Part shown: positions 20,643-37,181 of the stretch, one piece after another | Layout of the letters: each line of letters begins with the position of its first letter | Position numbering within the stretch: position 1 is the first letter of the stretch | Assembly (NCBI GenBank): GCA_963920595.1 | Contig: OY986949.1 | Span: 4,092,001 to 4,156,000 of the forward strand | DNA: 64,000 bases | From: Eimeria praecox | Taxonomy: Eukaryota | Direction of reading: 5' to 3' | Position numbers and translations under genes: made by a program | The notes under the pieces: generated by a model | What the model saw: the letters and a program-made list of their open reading frames with translations, nothing else | The model's database searches: none | What the model was told of the DNA's origin: nothing

Positions 20643-20845
20643 CATATAAACTGTTGTTGTTTACAGCTAAGGGCGGCTTGCTGGGCCGTGTGTTTGCCAA
20701 ACTAAAGAACTTAAAAAAAACATTAAAGAGGAAGATGTTATCGATCGTAAGAGCAAAGAAAGAAAGAAAAACAATCTCTAAATTTGATTTGATTACAACT
20801 GGCAGTGAAGTTTGGAGAGAGAACTTCTTTGAATGGAGAGCATAG
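7575..20845 (+). CDS. RON4: Rhoptry neck protein 4 (RON4) family / RON4-like moving-junction protein, about 20+ exons
   Basis: Putative ATG at 7575 gives a signal-peptide-like [32 protein letters not shown]. Clear exons include 7740-7985, 9991-~10425, 10677-11237, 11769-~12001, 12769-12978, ~13997-14081, 14749-14861, ~15730-16131, 17084-~17494, 18143-~18642, 19431-19509, 20060-~20302, 20667-20845 (TAG). Peptides [74 protein letters not shown] and FFSMDQTLM align in order with my recollection of the conserved C-terminal half of Toxoplasma RON4. The 5' exon structure (8000-9900) is only partly resolved, and the paralogue (RON4 vs RON4L1/L2) is uncertain. Confidence 0.85.
8568..13174. repeat. 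Telomere-like heptamer arrays in RON4 introns
   Basis: Arrays at 8568-8820 (TTTAGGG), 8945-8995 and 9110-9145 (AAACCCT), 9311-9444 (TTTAGGG), 10434-10638 and 12985-13174 (AAACCCT). Confidence 0.95.
9035..9102. repeat. Inverted repeat / hairpin (30-bp arms, 8-nt loop)
   Basis: ATACATAGAAACCCATTTGTAAGAAGGTAG-aaagctag-CTACCTTCTTACAAAGGGTTTTTTATGTAT; the inner 15 bp (9050-9064 with 9073-9087) are perfectly complementary. Confidence 0.9.
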
Positions 20846-20860
20846 CTGTACAGACACCTC

Positions 20861-20956
<96 letters not shown>

Positions 20957-21051
20957 AGCAGAGTTATATACTTACTTTTCTAAACAAATATATTTATTTA
21001 TATTTATTTATCGAAATATACAAAAATATTTGTTTGAATAGATATATATAA

Positions 21052-21129
<78 letters not shown>

Positions 21130-21216
21130 TCAAACAAATATATTTATGTTATTTTGTTTTTACTTCTCCCTCGAGAATTTGCTTTTGTCTGCCCGTCGAC
21201 TTGGATTTGATTTATT

Positions 21217-21252
<36 letters not shown>

Positions 21253-21467
21253 TTATTTAATTTATTTGTTTAATTAATTATTTATTATTTATTTATTTAT
21301 TTATTTAAACATCTTTTGTATTTATCTTCGGAGGATTCTGAAGCTATAGAAGGCTAGTTGTATAATTTAGTATTTAATTATTTTAACTTATTTGTTTATT
21401 TTATTGAATATACATATAATACAATGTATACAAATATATATAATAAAATATATAATTAGATAATTAG

Positions 21468-21545
<78 letters not shown>

Positions 21546-22321
21546 TAAATAAACCGAGTATAATAATAATACAGCAATACTAATAATATACATAATCTAA
21601 TATTATAATTAATATTGAAAATTATAACTAAAAATTATTATGTTATCTGCTGCCGTTGCTAGCATCTAGAGTCTGCTCTGTTTGTTTATTTTATTATTTT
21701 TTTATTTTTTTAAAAAGAATACGAAATAAAAAAAAAAGAAGAAAGAAAAACAAAAAATAAAAAATAAAAATTAAAAATTAAAAAACAAAACGCAAAGAAA
21801 TGTTCCTGTTGTCTTCGACGCTGTAGAAGAAAAATTAAATATATATTAAATACATATTAAATATATTTAATATATATTTAATACATATATATATATATAT
21901 ATATTTAATATGCATTTAATATATAACAAATATATATTTATTATACATATATCTACAAATATACTTATGTATACTTTTATAATTATAATCCCGTAGCAGA
22001 GACAGGAGAACCGAAACAATAGCAGCAGCTGCTGCTGCAGCAGCTGCAGCAGCAGCAACAGCTGCAGCAGCAGTAGCAGCAGCAACAGCTGCAGCAGCAC
22101 CAGCAGCAGCTGCTGCAGTAGCAGCTGCTGCTGCAGCAGCAGTAGCAGCAGCAGAATAAACAAATGAAAATATTTGAAAAAAAAACAAAAAGAATTACTA
22201 AAGAAGTATCTGTATTTATTTTATTAATTTAATTTGTTTTATTAACTTAATTTTAATTTGATTTGTTTAATTTAATTTAATTTAATTTAATTTAATTTAA
22301 TTTAATTTAATTTAATTTGTT

Positions 22322-23161
22322 TTAATTGTTAATAAGCTGAACAGCCACAGCATCTACCAAGAAAGGCCTTCTCTCTCTTTCTCTTCTTTCTTTTCTTTCT
22401 TTTCTTTGTTTTGTTTGTTTTATTTTATTTGTTTTATTTGTTGGGGTGTATACTGTATCTTCTCTGTCTTCTTCTGCTTCCAAATCATCATCATCAGCAG
22501 CAGCAATAACAGCAGCAGCAGCAGCTGCTGCTGCTGCTGCTGCTGGATCAGCAGCTTGTGCTGCAGCAGCAGCAGCAGGTCTTTCTTCAGGTGTCTCCTC
22601 CGTTATTTTATCTTTTCTTTCTTCTTCAAACTCTGCTGTTGCTGCTGTTGCTTCTTCTTCTGCTGTTGCTGCTGTTGCTTCTTCTGCCGCTGCTGCTGCT
22701 GTTGCTGTTGCTGCTGCTGTTGTTGCTGCTGTTCCTTCTCCTGCTGCTGCTGCTTCTCGTGCTGCTGTTGCTGTTTCTGCTGCTGCTGCTGCTGTTTCTG
22801 CTGCTGCTGTTTCTGCTGCTGTGTCTCCTGCTGCCTCTCCTATCGCTGCTGCTGCTGCTGTTGCAGCATCAGCACCATCACCATCACCACCACCACCAGC
22901 AGCAGCAGCCTCAGCAGCCTCAGCAGCAGCAGCAGCAGCAGCAGCAGCCTCAGCAGCAGCAGCAGCAGCAGCAGCAGGGGCTCTATCTTTATGTACAGCC
23001 TTAATGTGTTTGTTAAGAACAGATTTGTAAGAAAATTTTTTAGAACAAATTTCACAAACAAATCGACGTTCCTCCAAATGCTTCACGCGAATGTGAACTA
23101 ACAAATTACTCTTCTGGATGTACACACACACACAATACATATATATATATATATATACATA

Positions 23162-23199
<38 letters not shown>

Positions 23200-25581
23200 T
23201 AGATAGATAGATAGATAGATAGAAATATATGGATATAGATCTACATATGGATATGTAGATATAGATAGATAGATAGATATATTAATAATTAACTAGTTAA
23301 ATTAATCAATTAATTAATTAATTAATTATTTAATTGATTAAATAATTAATTAGTTAATTCATTAATTAATTAGTTAATTAATTAATTGAATAATTAAAAC
23401 AAACAAACCAGGCAAACAAAATAAACTAAATAAACCAAATAAATAAAATAAGTAAAATACGCCGTTAAGAAAAGAAATTAAATAAATAAACAAATAAATA
23501 AATAAACAAAAATAGATAAATAACATAATAACAAAACACAAAATAAATAAATTCAATGAATAAATAAATAAATAAACAATAAATATAATAAACAAAGAAA
23601 CAAATAAATAAATTAATTAAAACAGAATAAAGAAATAAAATACAATACAATACAATAAAATAAAATAAAATAAAATAAAATAAAATAAAATAAAATAAAA
23701 TAAATAAATACAAACCGAAGAAAAAATTTGTTTGCAAATTTCGCAGGGGAAGCCAAAAACGCCATCGAAGGATTTGTCGATATCTTCTTCTTCTAAATCT
23801 ACTAGAGTATGTTTTGTCTGTAAATAAATAAATATAATTAAATAAATAATTAAATATAATTAATTAAATAGAGAAATAAATATAATTAAATTAATAAATA
23901 TAAATAATACACAAAAAATTAAAAAACGAAAGAAAAAACAAAATTTGTTGATGTCTTCGTCTTCTACGTCTACTAAAGTGTGTTTTGTCTCTAAATAAAT
24001 AATTAACTATAATTAAATAAATAATAAAACATAATTAAATAAATAAATATAATTATGTAAATAAATATAATTAAATTAATAAATATATAAAATACACAAA
24101 TAATAGAAAAAAACAAAATTTGTCGAAGTCTTCGTCTTCTGTCAACTAAAGTATGTTTTGTCTCTAAATAAATAAATATAATTAAATAAATAATTAAATA
24201 TAATTAAATAAAGATAATTAATTAAATAAAGCAATTAATATAATTAGATTAATAAATATATATAATAAATGAATAATACAAGAAAAAAACAAAATTTGTG
24301 GATGTCTTCTTCCAGACTATGTTTTGTCTGTAAATAAATAAATAAATAAAATTAGATAATTAAATATAATTAAATAAATATAAATAAACATAAATAGATA
24401 GACGTATATAATATAGATAGCGTGTGTTTTTAATGATATAAAGAAAAACAATCAATTATAAAATAAAACAACTAAATAATTTAAATTAATTTTTATTTTT
24501 CTAATCTATTTCCTACTTTGATATGAAGCTTCAGACGATCTGGTCGAGTGTATGACTGTGAAGACAAACAAACAAAAACAAAAAATAAAAATAAATAAAT
24601 AAATAAATATTTAAATATTTATATATTTACATATATCAATACAATAGTATTTTATAATAATAATAAATGTATAATAATAAATATATTTATAAATAAACTA
24701 ATAAATAAATTAATTAATACATCAAGTAATTAAATAATAAACAATACGGAATACATTAAATAATTTATTAGTTAATATATTAAATAATTGATTAGTTAAT
24801 ATATTAAATAACTTATTAGTTAATATATTAAATAATTTATTATTTAATTAAATATTAATTAATAAATTATTTAATATATTAACAATTAAATTATTTAATA
24901 AATTAGATAATTTATTAGTTAAAATATATTAAATAATCAACTATATAACATATTAAGTAATATATTAGTTAATATATTAATTTATTATTAAATATATAAA
25001 ATAATATATTAGCATTATTTAAATTAAATAAGTTATTAGTTAGTATACTAAATAATTTATTATTTAATAAATTAAATAATAAATGACTCAATATATAAAA
25101 TAATTTATAAGTTAATATATTAAAAATAATATATTTGTTAATATATTAAATAAAATAAATATTATATATATTATTACCTTGCCACATACATCACAGACGT
25201 GTTGTTTACTTGAATGTGCTGAACGTCTATGAGCTACAAGAGCAGAGAAAACAGCAAAAGAGCTATTACAAACATTGCAGGTATAATCTTGAAGTCCTAC
25301 ACACACAAAAAAAAAGTGGAAAGACGAAAGAAATACAAAATGAAGATAAATTTAAGAGAAAAAGAAAGAAAAAAAAAGCGAAATTAAAATTAAACATAAA
25401 ATAAATATATATTTAAATTTATATCTTCATAAAATAATAATTTTAAATATATTTTATTTTTATATTTTTTAAACTCACGCTGCGCCGCTCGCTTCAGGTG
25501 TCTGTACAGCTGATTAGCACAAGTAAATGTTTTCTCACAACCTTCATGAGGGCATATTAGATTATTTGTTTTTATTGTTTC

Positions 25582-25616
<35 letters not shown>

Positions 25617-25849
25617 TATTATTATTATTTTTATTAATAACAGCCTCAGATGTATCTTTTGCTGTTGTTCTATCTCCTGTTGCACTGAAGCAGCAACGTT
25701 CTTCTCTTTCTTTTGTTATTTCTTTTCTTTTCTTTGTGTTCTTTTCTTTTTCTTCTTCTTCTTCTTCCTCTTCTTCTTTATCTGAAGCTTCATCTACCTC
25801 TGTCGTATTCTTATGAGCATGTTTACGTGCCCCTAGGCATACCTGCTGC

Positions 25850-25896
<47 letters not shown>

Positions 25897-26230
25897 TTGC
25901 TGCTGCTTATCAGCTACTAAGTGCAGCAGCATATGACGCTTAAGCTGTCTCTTCCTTGCGAATCCCTCCGTACAAATTTCTAAATACAGAAAAACAAAAA
26001 CAACAAAAACAAACAAATATACAACAGCAGCAAACGACAATATGCAGCAGCAGCAGCAACAGCAACAAAAACAGCAACAGCAGCAACAACAGCAACAGAG
26101 AAGAAATATACTATTTGATCTGCGGTATATGTACAGCTCACTGCATTTGTAAAGAAGCATATGCGTTTTCATGTGTCTCTTCAAGTGATAGTTTAACAGA
26201 AATGTTTTGCTGCAGTGGCTGCAGCTGAAG

Positions 26231-26261
<31 letters not shown>

Positions 26262-26268
26262 TTGCTGC

Positions 26269-26300
<32 letters not shown>

Positions 26301-26596
26301 CTGCTGTTGCTGCTGTATCTGCTGCTGCTGCTTCTTCAGTTGCTATTTCCGCTGTATCTGCTGCTGTATCTGCTTCTGCTGCTGCTGTTGCTCCTGCAGC
26401 AGCAGCAGCAGCACCAGCAGCAGCTGCTGCTGCTGCTACTGTATCTGCTGCAGCATTATTGTTTGCATTCGAATATAAATAATTATTATTTAAATTATTT
26501 TTTGAGTGGCGGAGTAAGAAATGTCTGGTTTGATGTTCTCTCCTCTTAAATGCAGAGCCGCACACCTCGCATTTAAACTTACGCTGTATAAACAAA

Positions 26597-26651
<55 letters not shown>

Positions 26652-27110
26652 ACTAGTTAATTAAATATATACATAAGGATATAAAAAAGTTAATTTAGTA
26701 GAGGAAATAGCAAATAGAGAGAAAGAAAAACAAAGAAACAAAACAAATATATAAATAAAATAAAATAAACAAATATATAAATGTAATAAAATAAACAAAT
26801 ATATAAATAAAATAAAATAAAATAAACAAATATATAAATAAAATAAAATAAAATAAACAAATATATAAATAAAATAAAATAAACGAATATACAAATAAAA
26901 TAAACTAAACAAATATATAAATAAAATAAAATAAACAAATATACAAATAAAATAAAATAAACAAATATGTATAAGAAAGAAGATAAACAAACACGAAAAA
27001 ATAAGAAAATATAAACAAACAACAACAAACGTCCCTCCTAATAATATTTAAAACTTATTTGTTTATATAATAAACATATTTAGATTGATAACATAGGTAT
27101 ATACAAAACT

Positions 27111-27152
<42 letters not shown>

Positions 27153-27154
27153 AG

Positions 27155-27193
<39 letters not shown>

Positions 27194-27929
27194 GGGAGAG
27201 GGAGAGAGAGAGAGATTTGTATATAACTATGGCATATCTATATATATCTATATCTATATCTATCTATCTATGTATATATAAATATATATATATATATATA
27301 TGTATACATAAATATATATATATATATACATAAGGGTTTACATTTCTATTTCTATTTCTATACTTTTATTTATATTTATATTTATATTTATATTTATATT
27401 TATATTTATATTTATATTTATATTTATATTTATATTTATATTTATATTTATATTTATATTTATATTTATATTTATATTTATATTTATATTTATATTTATA
27501 TTTATATTTATATTTATATTTATATTTATATTTATATTTATATTTATATTTATATTTATATTTATATTTATATTTATATTTATATTTATATTTATATTAA
27601 CTTACTTCTTCTGTATGTGTTTGTTGATGTTTATTTAGACGCGCTCTCTTAGTGAACGTCTTCTTACATTCTTCAAAATTACATTCGTATAATACAACAG
27701 ACTTACGCTTGGGATCTGAAGCAGCAGCAGCAGCAGCAGCAGGAGCAGCAGGAGCAGCAGGAGCAGCAGCAGGAGCAGCAGGAGCAGCAGCAGCAGCAGC
27801 AGGAGAAGGAGCAGCAGCAGATGAGGAGGAAGAGGGCGAGGAGGATGGCTCTGCTGCTGCTGCTTTTGTTGTTGTTGTTGCTGTTGTTGCTGCTGTTGTT
27901 GGTGTTGTTGATGCTGCTGTTGAGTCTGA

Positions 27930-27961
<32 letters not shown>

Positions 27962-28271
27962 TTGTTGTTGCTGTTGCTGTGGTTGTTGCTGCTGCTGTTG
28001 TTGCTACTTCTGTTGTTGCTGCTGCTGTCGCTGGTGTTGTTGCTGCTTCTGTTGTTGCTGCTGCTGCTGTTGCTACATCTGTTGCTGCCGTTGCTGCTGC
28101 TGTTGCTGTTGTTGTTGCTGCTGTTGCTGTTGTTATTGCTGCTAGCTGCGAGGCGTATGAAGGACAAGAAGATCGCGAAGGAGAAGAAGAAAGAAGATAA
28201 ATTTGTTCTTCTGACTCTGCTTCAGATTCAGATTCGGCTGCAGCTGAGTCGGTGGAGAGGCTGCCCTGCAT
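22322..28271 (-). CDS. Nine-finger C2H2 zinc-finger protein, TFIIIA-like
   Basis: Exons approx. 28271-27606, 26585-~26143, ~25979-25479, ~25296-25178, 24555-24517, ~23818-23717, ~23113-22322. Spliced fingers: [116 protein letters not shown] (second His absent); [96 protein letters not shown]. The zinc-finger call is firm; TFIIIA orthology is inferred. Confidence 0.9.
27368..27597. repeat. (TTTATA)n hexamer microsatellite in the first intron of the zinc-finger gene
   Basis: Perfect tandem TTTATA run of about 230 bp. Confidence 0.95.
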
Positions 28272-28775
28272 CTTAATACAGACGAATAATTGAGGGAAAT
28301 GTACGAAAAAAATAAAATAAATATATTAAATTAAAAAGAAATATCTTTTATGAAAGCATAAATTAATTTAAAACAAATAAATCGATGGCTTCTTCAAATC
28401 GAACAACTCATCCGTCAGCAGCAGCAACAGAAGGGGGGCCCCTCAGGAACAAGAGGAATATTAGTGTAAAACGTGTTTAATTATGATTATTTAAATAAAA
28501 TAAACAAAAAATTCAGATTGTTTTATGTTTATTTAATGAAAATGAAGCTGTTAACCTGAGTAGGCTGTGCAGATGTCAGCGGTGTTTTTGGGGTGTATGT
28601 ACACCTCACCGTATATATGATCGGCTGCAAGTTTTTTGTAAATATTACCTGTTCATCTTCAATTTTAATGATTTAAAGTTCTCTTTATCATTTATATGAG
28701 GAATATTTACTCTATAAATGTCTAGATAATAAAAACAACTACTTCTTACCTCTCTACAAAAACTCTGTTTCAACA

Positions 28776-28871
28776 ACACCAGCCAGCAACAACGATGTGC
28801 CTGTGTGATTGTTTATGTTTGTTACACCAGCCAGCAACAACGATGTGCCTGTGTGATTGTTTATGTTTGTT
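28776..28871 (+). repeat. Perfect 48-bp tandem duplication
   Basis: ACACCAGCCAGCAACAACGATGTGCCTGTGTGATTGTTTATGTTTGTT at 28776-28823 and again at 28824-28871. Confidence 0.95.
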
Positions 28872-29434
28872 AATTAACGTGATTGAATTAAACTTATATT
28901 GTTAGTTAATTAAATTAATTTATTTTCTTTCTATTAAATTAAAACAAATCAAACTAACTCCCCTCTTCTCTCCCCTTAAACAACATACCCTCACGTTTCA
29001 TTAAGCCTGTGTATTTCTTTCCTCTAATAACAAGAAAATTAACAAGAAAAGAAAGAAAAGCAAAAGATTTGTTTCGTTTTTATATTTTATCTTTCGATAA
29101 AAACTTTAGAGAAAAGTACAATTCGAGTTCATTTTACTCAATAATAATAATAATAATAATTGCAGCCACCCGCTGTCACGTGCGTCAGCTTGGCTTTGCT
29201 GCTATATCAGTGTTTGTTTCTTTTATGTTGTTTGTTTTTTATTTTTATTGTTTTATTAGTATTATTATTTCTATTTCTATTTGTTTATTGTTTGTGTTTA
29301 TACCTGCAATACTCTTTAAGCCCGCTGTCTGTTTATTTTTTGCTTCTCTACGATGTCGTGAGTGAAACAGAGAGACAAAAAATACAAGAGAAATTGTTTA
29401 CAATATATAATATATAATATATAGCATATAATAT

Positions 29435-29509
<75 letters not shown>

Positions 29510-29559
29510 ACCTCAAGTAGTTTAAAGTCTGTTTCTTTTGTTTTTTTTTCGTTTTTTCT

Positions 29560-31683
<2,124 letters not shown>

Positions 31684-33246
31684 CTTGCAATCTTAGGATC
31701 GAGAGAAAGCGAAGCGATCTTCGTATAAAATTTGAATAAATATAAATAGTTTTATATTTAAAAGGAAGTAAAGCAATGAAATAAACGAAAAACCATTAAC
31801 TTGATGTTCGATGGCTTCCACTCTTTCCGCTTCATTCTCTCTAATCGCACTCTCGTCGGTTGCTAGACCGCTGCCGCTCACATATGACCACTGCTGCGGA
31901 TTCTACGAGGGAAACCGACTTTAAAAAGTTGAAGTTTAATTGTATTTTATGAATAAAAACAATATTTATAAACAAAAACATAAAATTAATCCAAAAAACA
32001 CAAAAAATCATATTTTTATCTACTCATTATACACCTAGCGATCCACCTTACCCGCGCTTCCACCCAAGATACACATACACCCCGGCAAGCTGGAAGGAAA
32101 GATAAAATGAAAAAAACACATTTATATGAAGCAAAACTATTTTTAATTAAAAAGTAAATAGAAAATAAATACATTCAACACATTTATTCACGCTTTCTTC
32201 TGATGTTTTACTTCAAAGCAGAAGCCGTAGAGCCATAACCGAGGCAGTAGAAGAGCTAGCCCAACAAATAAAAACTGATAGAATGCTCCCTTTATTGTGA
32301 AATTATAAAAAATAAAAACAAATAAAGTATAAAAATAAACGAGAAAAAAAGAAGAAAAACACAAAAAAGTTAAATACGAACAAGAACAGCACACTATCGA
32401 CAATCGATTTGCCCACACCTCACATCATCAAAACCCTAAACCCTAAACCCTAAACCCTAAACCCTAAACCCTAAACCGTTAAGCCTAAACTGTAAACCTC
32501 AGGGAGAAGATCTCCTCCTGTCATGATGTTGTAATGTTGTATAAGAAAATATTATTATATAGAATATGCAGCTGAAGCACTACTACAGTAATTGCTCCTA
32601 CGATTCTCTACTGTATATATTAATTATTTTAAAGAGATTAGGGTTTAGGGTTTAGGGTTTAGGGTTTAGCGAGAATGTGTATACATAATATATACAAATA
32701 TACAAATATAATAGTAGTATTATGAGAAATAATAATATAATAATATTATATTATTATTATTATTAATAATACAATTATAATATATTATCATTATTATTCA
32801 TAATAATATAATACAATTATAACATTATATTATTATTATTAATAATAATATAATATTATTATTATTAGCAAGTAAAACAAGAAATGTATAGAAGTGAAAG
32901 AACGAATAAAACAAAAAAAACAAAGAAAAGTAAAAATAATAAAACAAATAACAAAAAAATAACAAAACAAACAAAAACAAAATACAAAACAAACAACAAA
33001 ACAAAAAGTAAAAATAATACGAGAATAAAACAAATAAAATAAAAAAGATTAAATAAATTAAATACAAACAAATTGGCAGAACAAACCAGAAAAACATAAA
33101 TAAGACTAATAATAAAACTATACACAATAAATAGACAAACAAATAAACAAATAGATAAATAAATTGATAGACAGATAGATAGATAAATAAATAAATAAAT
33201 AAATAACATAAAACAAACAACCAAATAAAAAAACAGCTAAATGAAA

Positions 33247-33324
<78 letters not shown>

Positions 33325-34686
33325 CATATATATATATGTATATATATAAACAAATGTGCGAATAGAAGATAAGAAGCAAACAACGAAATATGAAGAGATT
33401 TTCTCCCTCCTCCAGTTCTTTTATTGAGTAATTTAATTTAATTTAATTTAATTTAATTTAATTTGAACTAATTTATCCTAATCCAATATAATTTAATATA
33501 ACCAAGTTTAATACAATTTAATATAATTTAATATAATTTAATATAATATAATTTAATCTAATTCAATACAATTTAATCTAATGTAATCTAATTTAACCTA
33601 ATTTAATTTGATCCAATTTAATTTAATCTAATTGAGTATAATTTAATCTAATTGAGTATAATTTAGTTTAATATAATATAATATAATTTAATTTAATTTA
33701 ATTTAATTAAATATAATTTAATTTTATTGAGTATAATTTAATTAATTAATTAAATCATCCTAATAAACACATCTTCACTATTATTACTTTTCTTTGTTTT
33801 CACAGAAAATCCCCGCATGCATAAACTAAATAAAAAAATATAATAAACAAACAAATAAAACAACTCAATTAAATTAAACAAATAAAATAAACAAAATAAA
33901 TAAAATAAATTAAATAAAATAAATAATAAAATAAATAAATAAATAAATAAATAGATGTATTTGAAAATACATCTAAAGACAAATTCTTAGTTTATTTCTG
34001 CTGTATAAACAGCAAACATCTGCTGTCTGTAGACAGACAGAATAGAAGAAACCATACAAATATATTTCTTCTATTAATTATATAAAATATAATTAATATC
34101 TTCAAATAATTAATTAATTAATTAATTATATTAAATTAAATTAAATGCAATAATTTAATTAATTAATTAAATCATCTATTAATGATGCTGCTTTCTGAGA
34201 AGCAGATTGTAAAAAACAAACAAAAAAATCTAAACTATAAACCCTAAACCCTAAACCCTAAACCCTAAACCCTCATAAAACCCTCACATCTAAGGACATG
34301 GAGAGCTGCTGCCGCTGCTGCTGCTGCTGCTGCAAGTGTACTTAAACAACATAATTCGACAAGTATCTACTCTGTTAAAACATTTAATTAATTAATTAAT
34401 TAATTAATTAATTAATTAATTAATTAATTAATTAATTAATTAATTAATTAATTAAATATATTTGTTTCTACAACAACCTTCAACCCCTGATAGACATTGT
34501 CTCGAATTGTAAGCGAAGAAACGCGAGCTGCAACATCAAATCACAAGAAGGAGTTTGGGGTGTATGTACAGCTGATGCAGCAGCAGCAGCAGCAGCAGCA
34601 AATAATAAAAAAAGAAAAACAAAGACAAACACATTTACAGCTGAGAGCTCATACCTAGTAGGCAGCAAAGACTGCAGCAACAAAAG

Positions 34687-34733
<47 letters not shown>

Positions 34734-34752
34734 GAAACACGACCTCGCTGCC

Positions 34753-34793
<41 letters not shown>

Positions 34794-34983
34794 AGCTGCT
34801 GCTGCTGCAGCAGCAGCAGCACATTTGTCTGTCATAAACCTCAAATGCCTCGCTCCCTGTTTCTGTTGCTGTGTCTGTAATCTGTACTTCGCACGCAAAC
34901 AAATATAAAAAAAACTAAACTGAAAGAATATAATAAAACTAAAAATTTGTTTCTCTTTCTTTCTTTTCCTGTCTTTCTGTCTC

Positions 34984-35020
<37 letters not shown>

Positions 35021-35631
35021 GTCTCTCTCTCTGTCTCTCTGTCTCTCTCTCTCTCTCTCAGCGCATCTTGCTGCTGCAGCACCATTCAAATATTAATACA
35101 AACAAAAACAGAAAAAAGAACAAAAAACAAACAAAACCAAAAAACAAAGATATCTCCAATCTCTCAGCAATTAGAGAGAAACCGAAGCCAACACACAAAT
35201 ATAAAAATAAAATAAAATAAAATATAGAAATATGATAAGTTAAATCTATTTACATTTATTTATATTTACATATTTATATATATTTATTTATATATATTTA
35301 TTCATATATTTATATTATTTATTTATATATATTTATATATATTTATTTATATTCATTTATATATATATAGACGTATCGCTATAAATAATTCGTTAGTTGC
35401 AGTCAATGTTTCTTTTGTTAGATTTATATTTTAATTATATTTATATTATTTATTTATTTGTTTTTTGTTTTATTTATTTGTTTTTTGTTTTATTTTCTTC
35501 ATATCCCCCTAACATTTAATTTAATAATTTCTCTCTATCTCTTTCTGTTGTTGATCTCAGCTAAAACAAAACTGCAAGGGCATTAAACTATTAATTCTAT
35601 TACTACTACAATATAAATAATAATAATAATA

Positions 35632-35670
<39 letters not shown>

Positions 35671-36945
35671 TAATCTAATAATAGAATGTGTTTCTTAGTT
35701 ACTCAGAGTTAACTGGCTCCAGTAATAATAAGGGAAAGATGAAAGAAGAACAGAAAACAGAAGAATTACATCCATCAGGGCGGCCTGTAGACAAAAAAAA
35801 ACAAAAAATAAAACAAAAGAATAAAATAAATAAAAAGAAAAACAAAAAAATAAGAAAAAAACAACAAAGTTGAATCCAAATAAAACAAGAGCTGCGTATA
35901 CACCTGAAAATACTATTCATATATTTTATGAAATTTGGGGGAAACCTGAAGAAAATACCTCTTCTTTTCTGATTTTAATTGATTTTCTGCATTATTATGT
36001 ATTTAATTTATGATGTATTCAAAAGAAACACAAAAAAAGCAGCATATTTCGTCGATATTCTACTATTTACGAGTAGAGAGTCGCACCTGCGTTTGAAACA
36101 GTTAATACTCCCTAACCGCCGGCCGCCCTCTCTGCTGACGACAAGTCATAAACAATTAAATAAAATAATTAAAAAATAAAGAAAAACAAACAAATAAATA
36201 TAAATAAATTATTTATAATTTAAAAAATAATAAAATAAGGAAATCAAACAACTCTAAAACACACAATTCAAATATTTATATAAACTAATATAATTAGTTG
36301 TAGAAAATATACAATTAAAATATATTTAATAAATAATCTTGAAATAATTTAAATAATTAATTATAATAAATTATAAAATATACAAATAATTAATAAACAC
36401 AGAAATATAAACACACACTCAACCACAACAATCTCTCTCATCTTCTATCTCTACTTCGTTGCGTTTGTCTATTTTTTATATTTTATTAATTATATTTAAT
36501 TAATTATATTTAATTAATTATATTTTATTAATTATATTTAATTAATTATATTTAATTAATTACCTTTTATTTACTATCCTAAGAACAATAAGTATTATTA
36601 TATATATTATATATGTTCAAAACCCTTAGACTATATAAAACTTTATATATACATAATACATATATATAAATATATATATAAATATATATATAAATATATA
36701 TATATAAATATATATATAAATATATATATAAATATATATATAAATATATATATAAATATATATATAAATATATATATAAATATATATATAAATATATATA
36801 TAAATATATATAAATATATATATTTATATAATTAAATTAAAATCTACTTTAATTATTTATTACTATTATTTAGAAGCAAATAAACTCGAATGTATCATAA
36901 GCCAAATAAATATATTTGATTTTTGTTTTAAAGAAACCACTACCC

Positions 36946-36987
<42 letters not shown>

Positions 36988-37001
36988 CTTGCTACTGCTG
37001 C

Positions 37002-37039
<38 letters not shown>

Positions 37040-37148
37040 CAAATAAAACAAGAAGCAACCCCAATGCACTTACGCGCGAAACGAAGAAAAACATTAACTT
37101 CCTCTTCTAGTAACTGTTGTTGCTGCCTCTCTCTATTATTAAGGGAGA

Positions 37149-37181
<33 letters not shown>

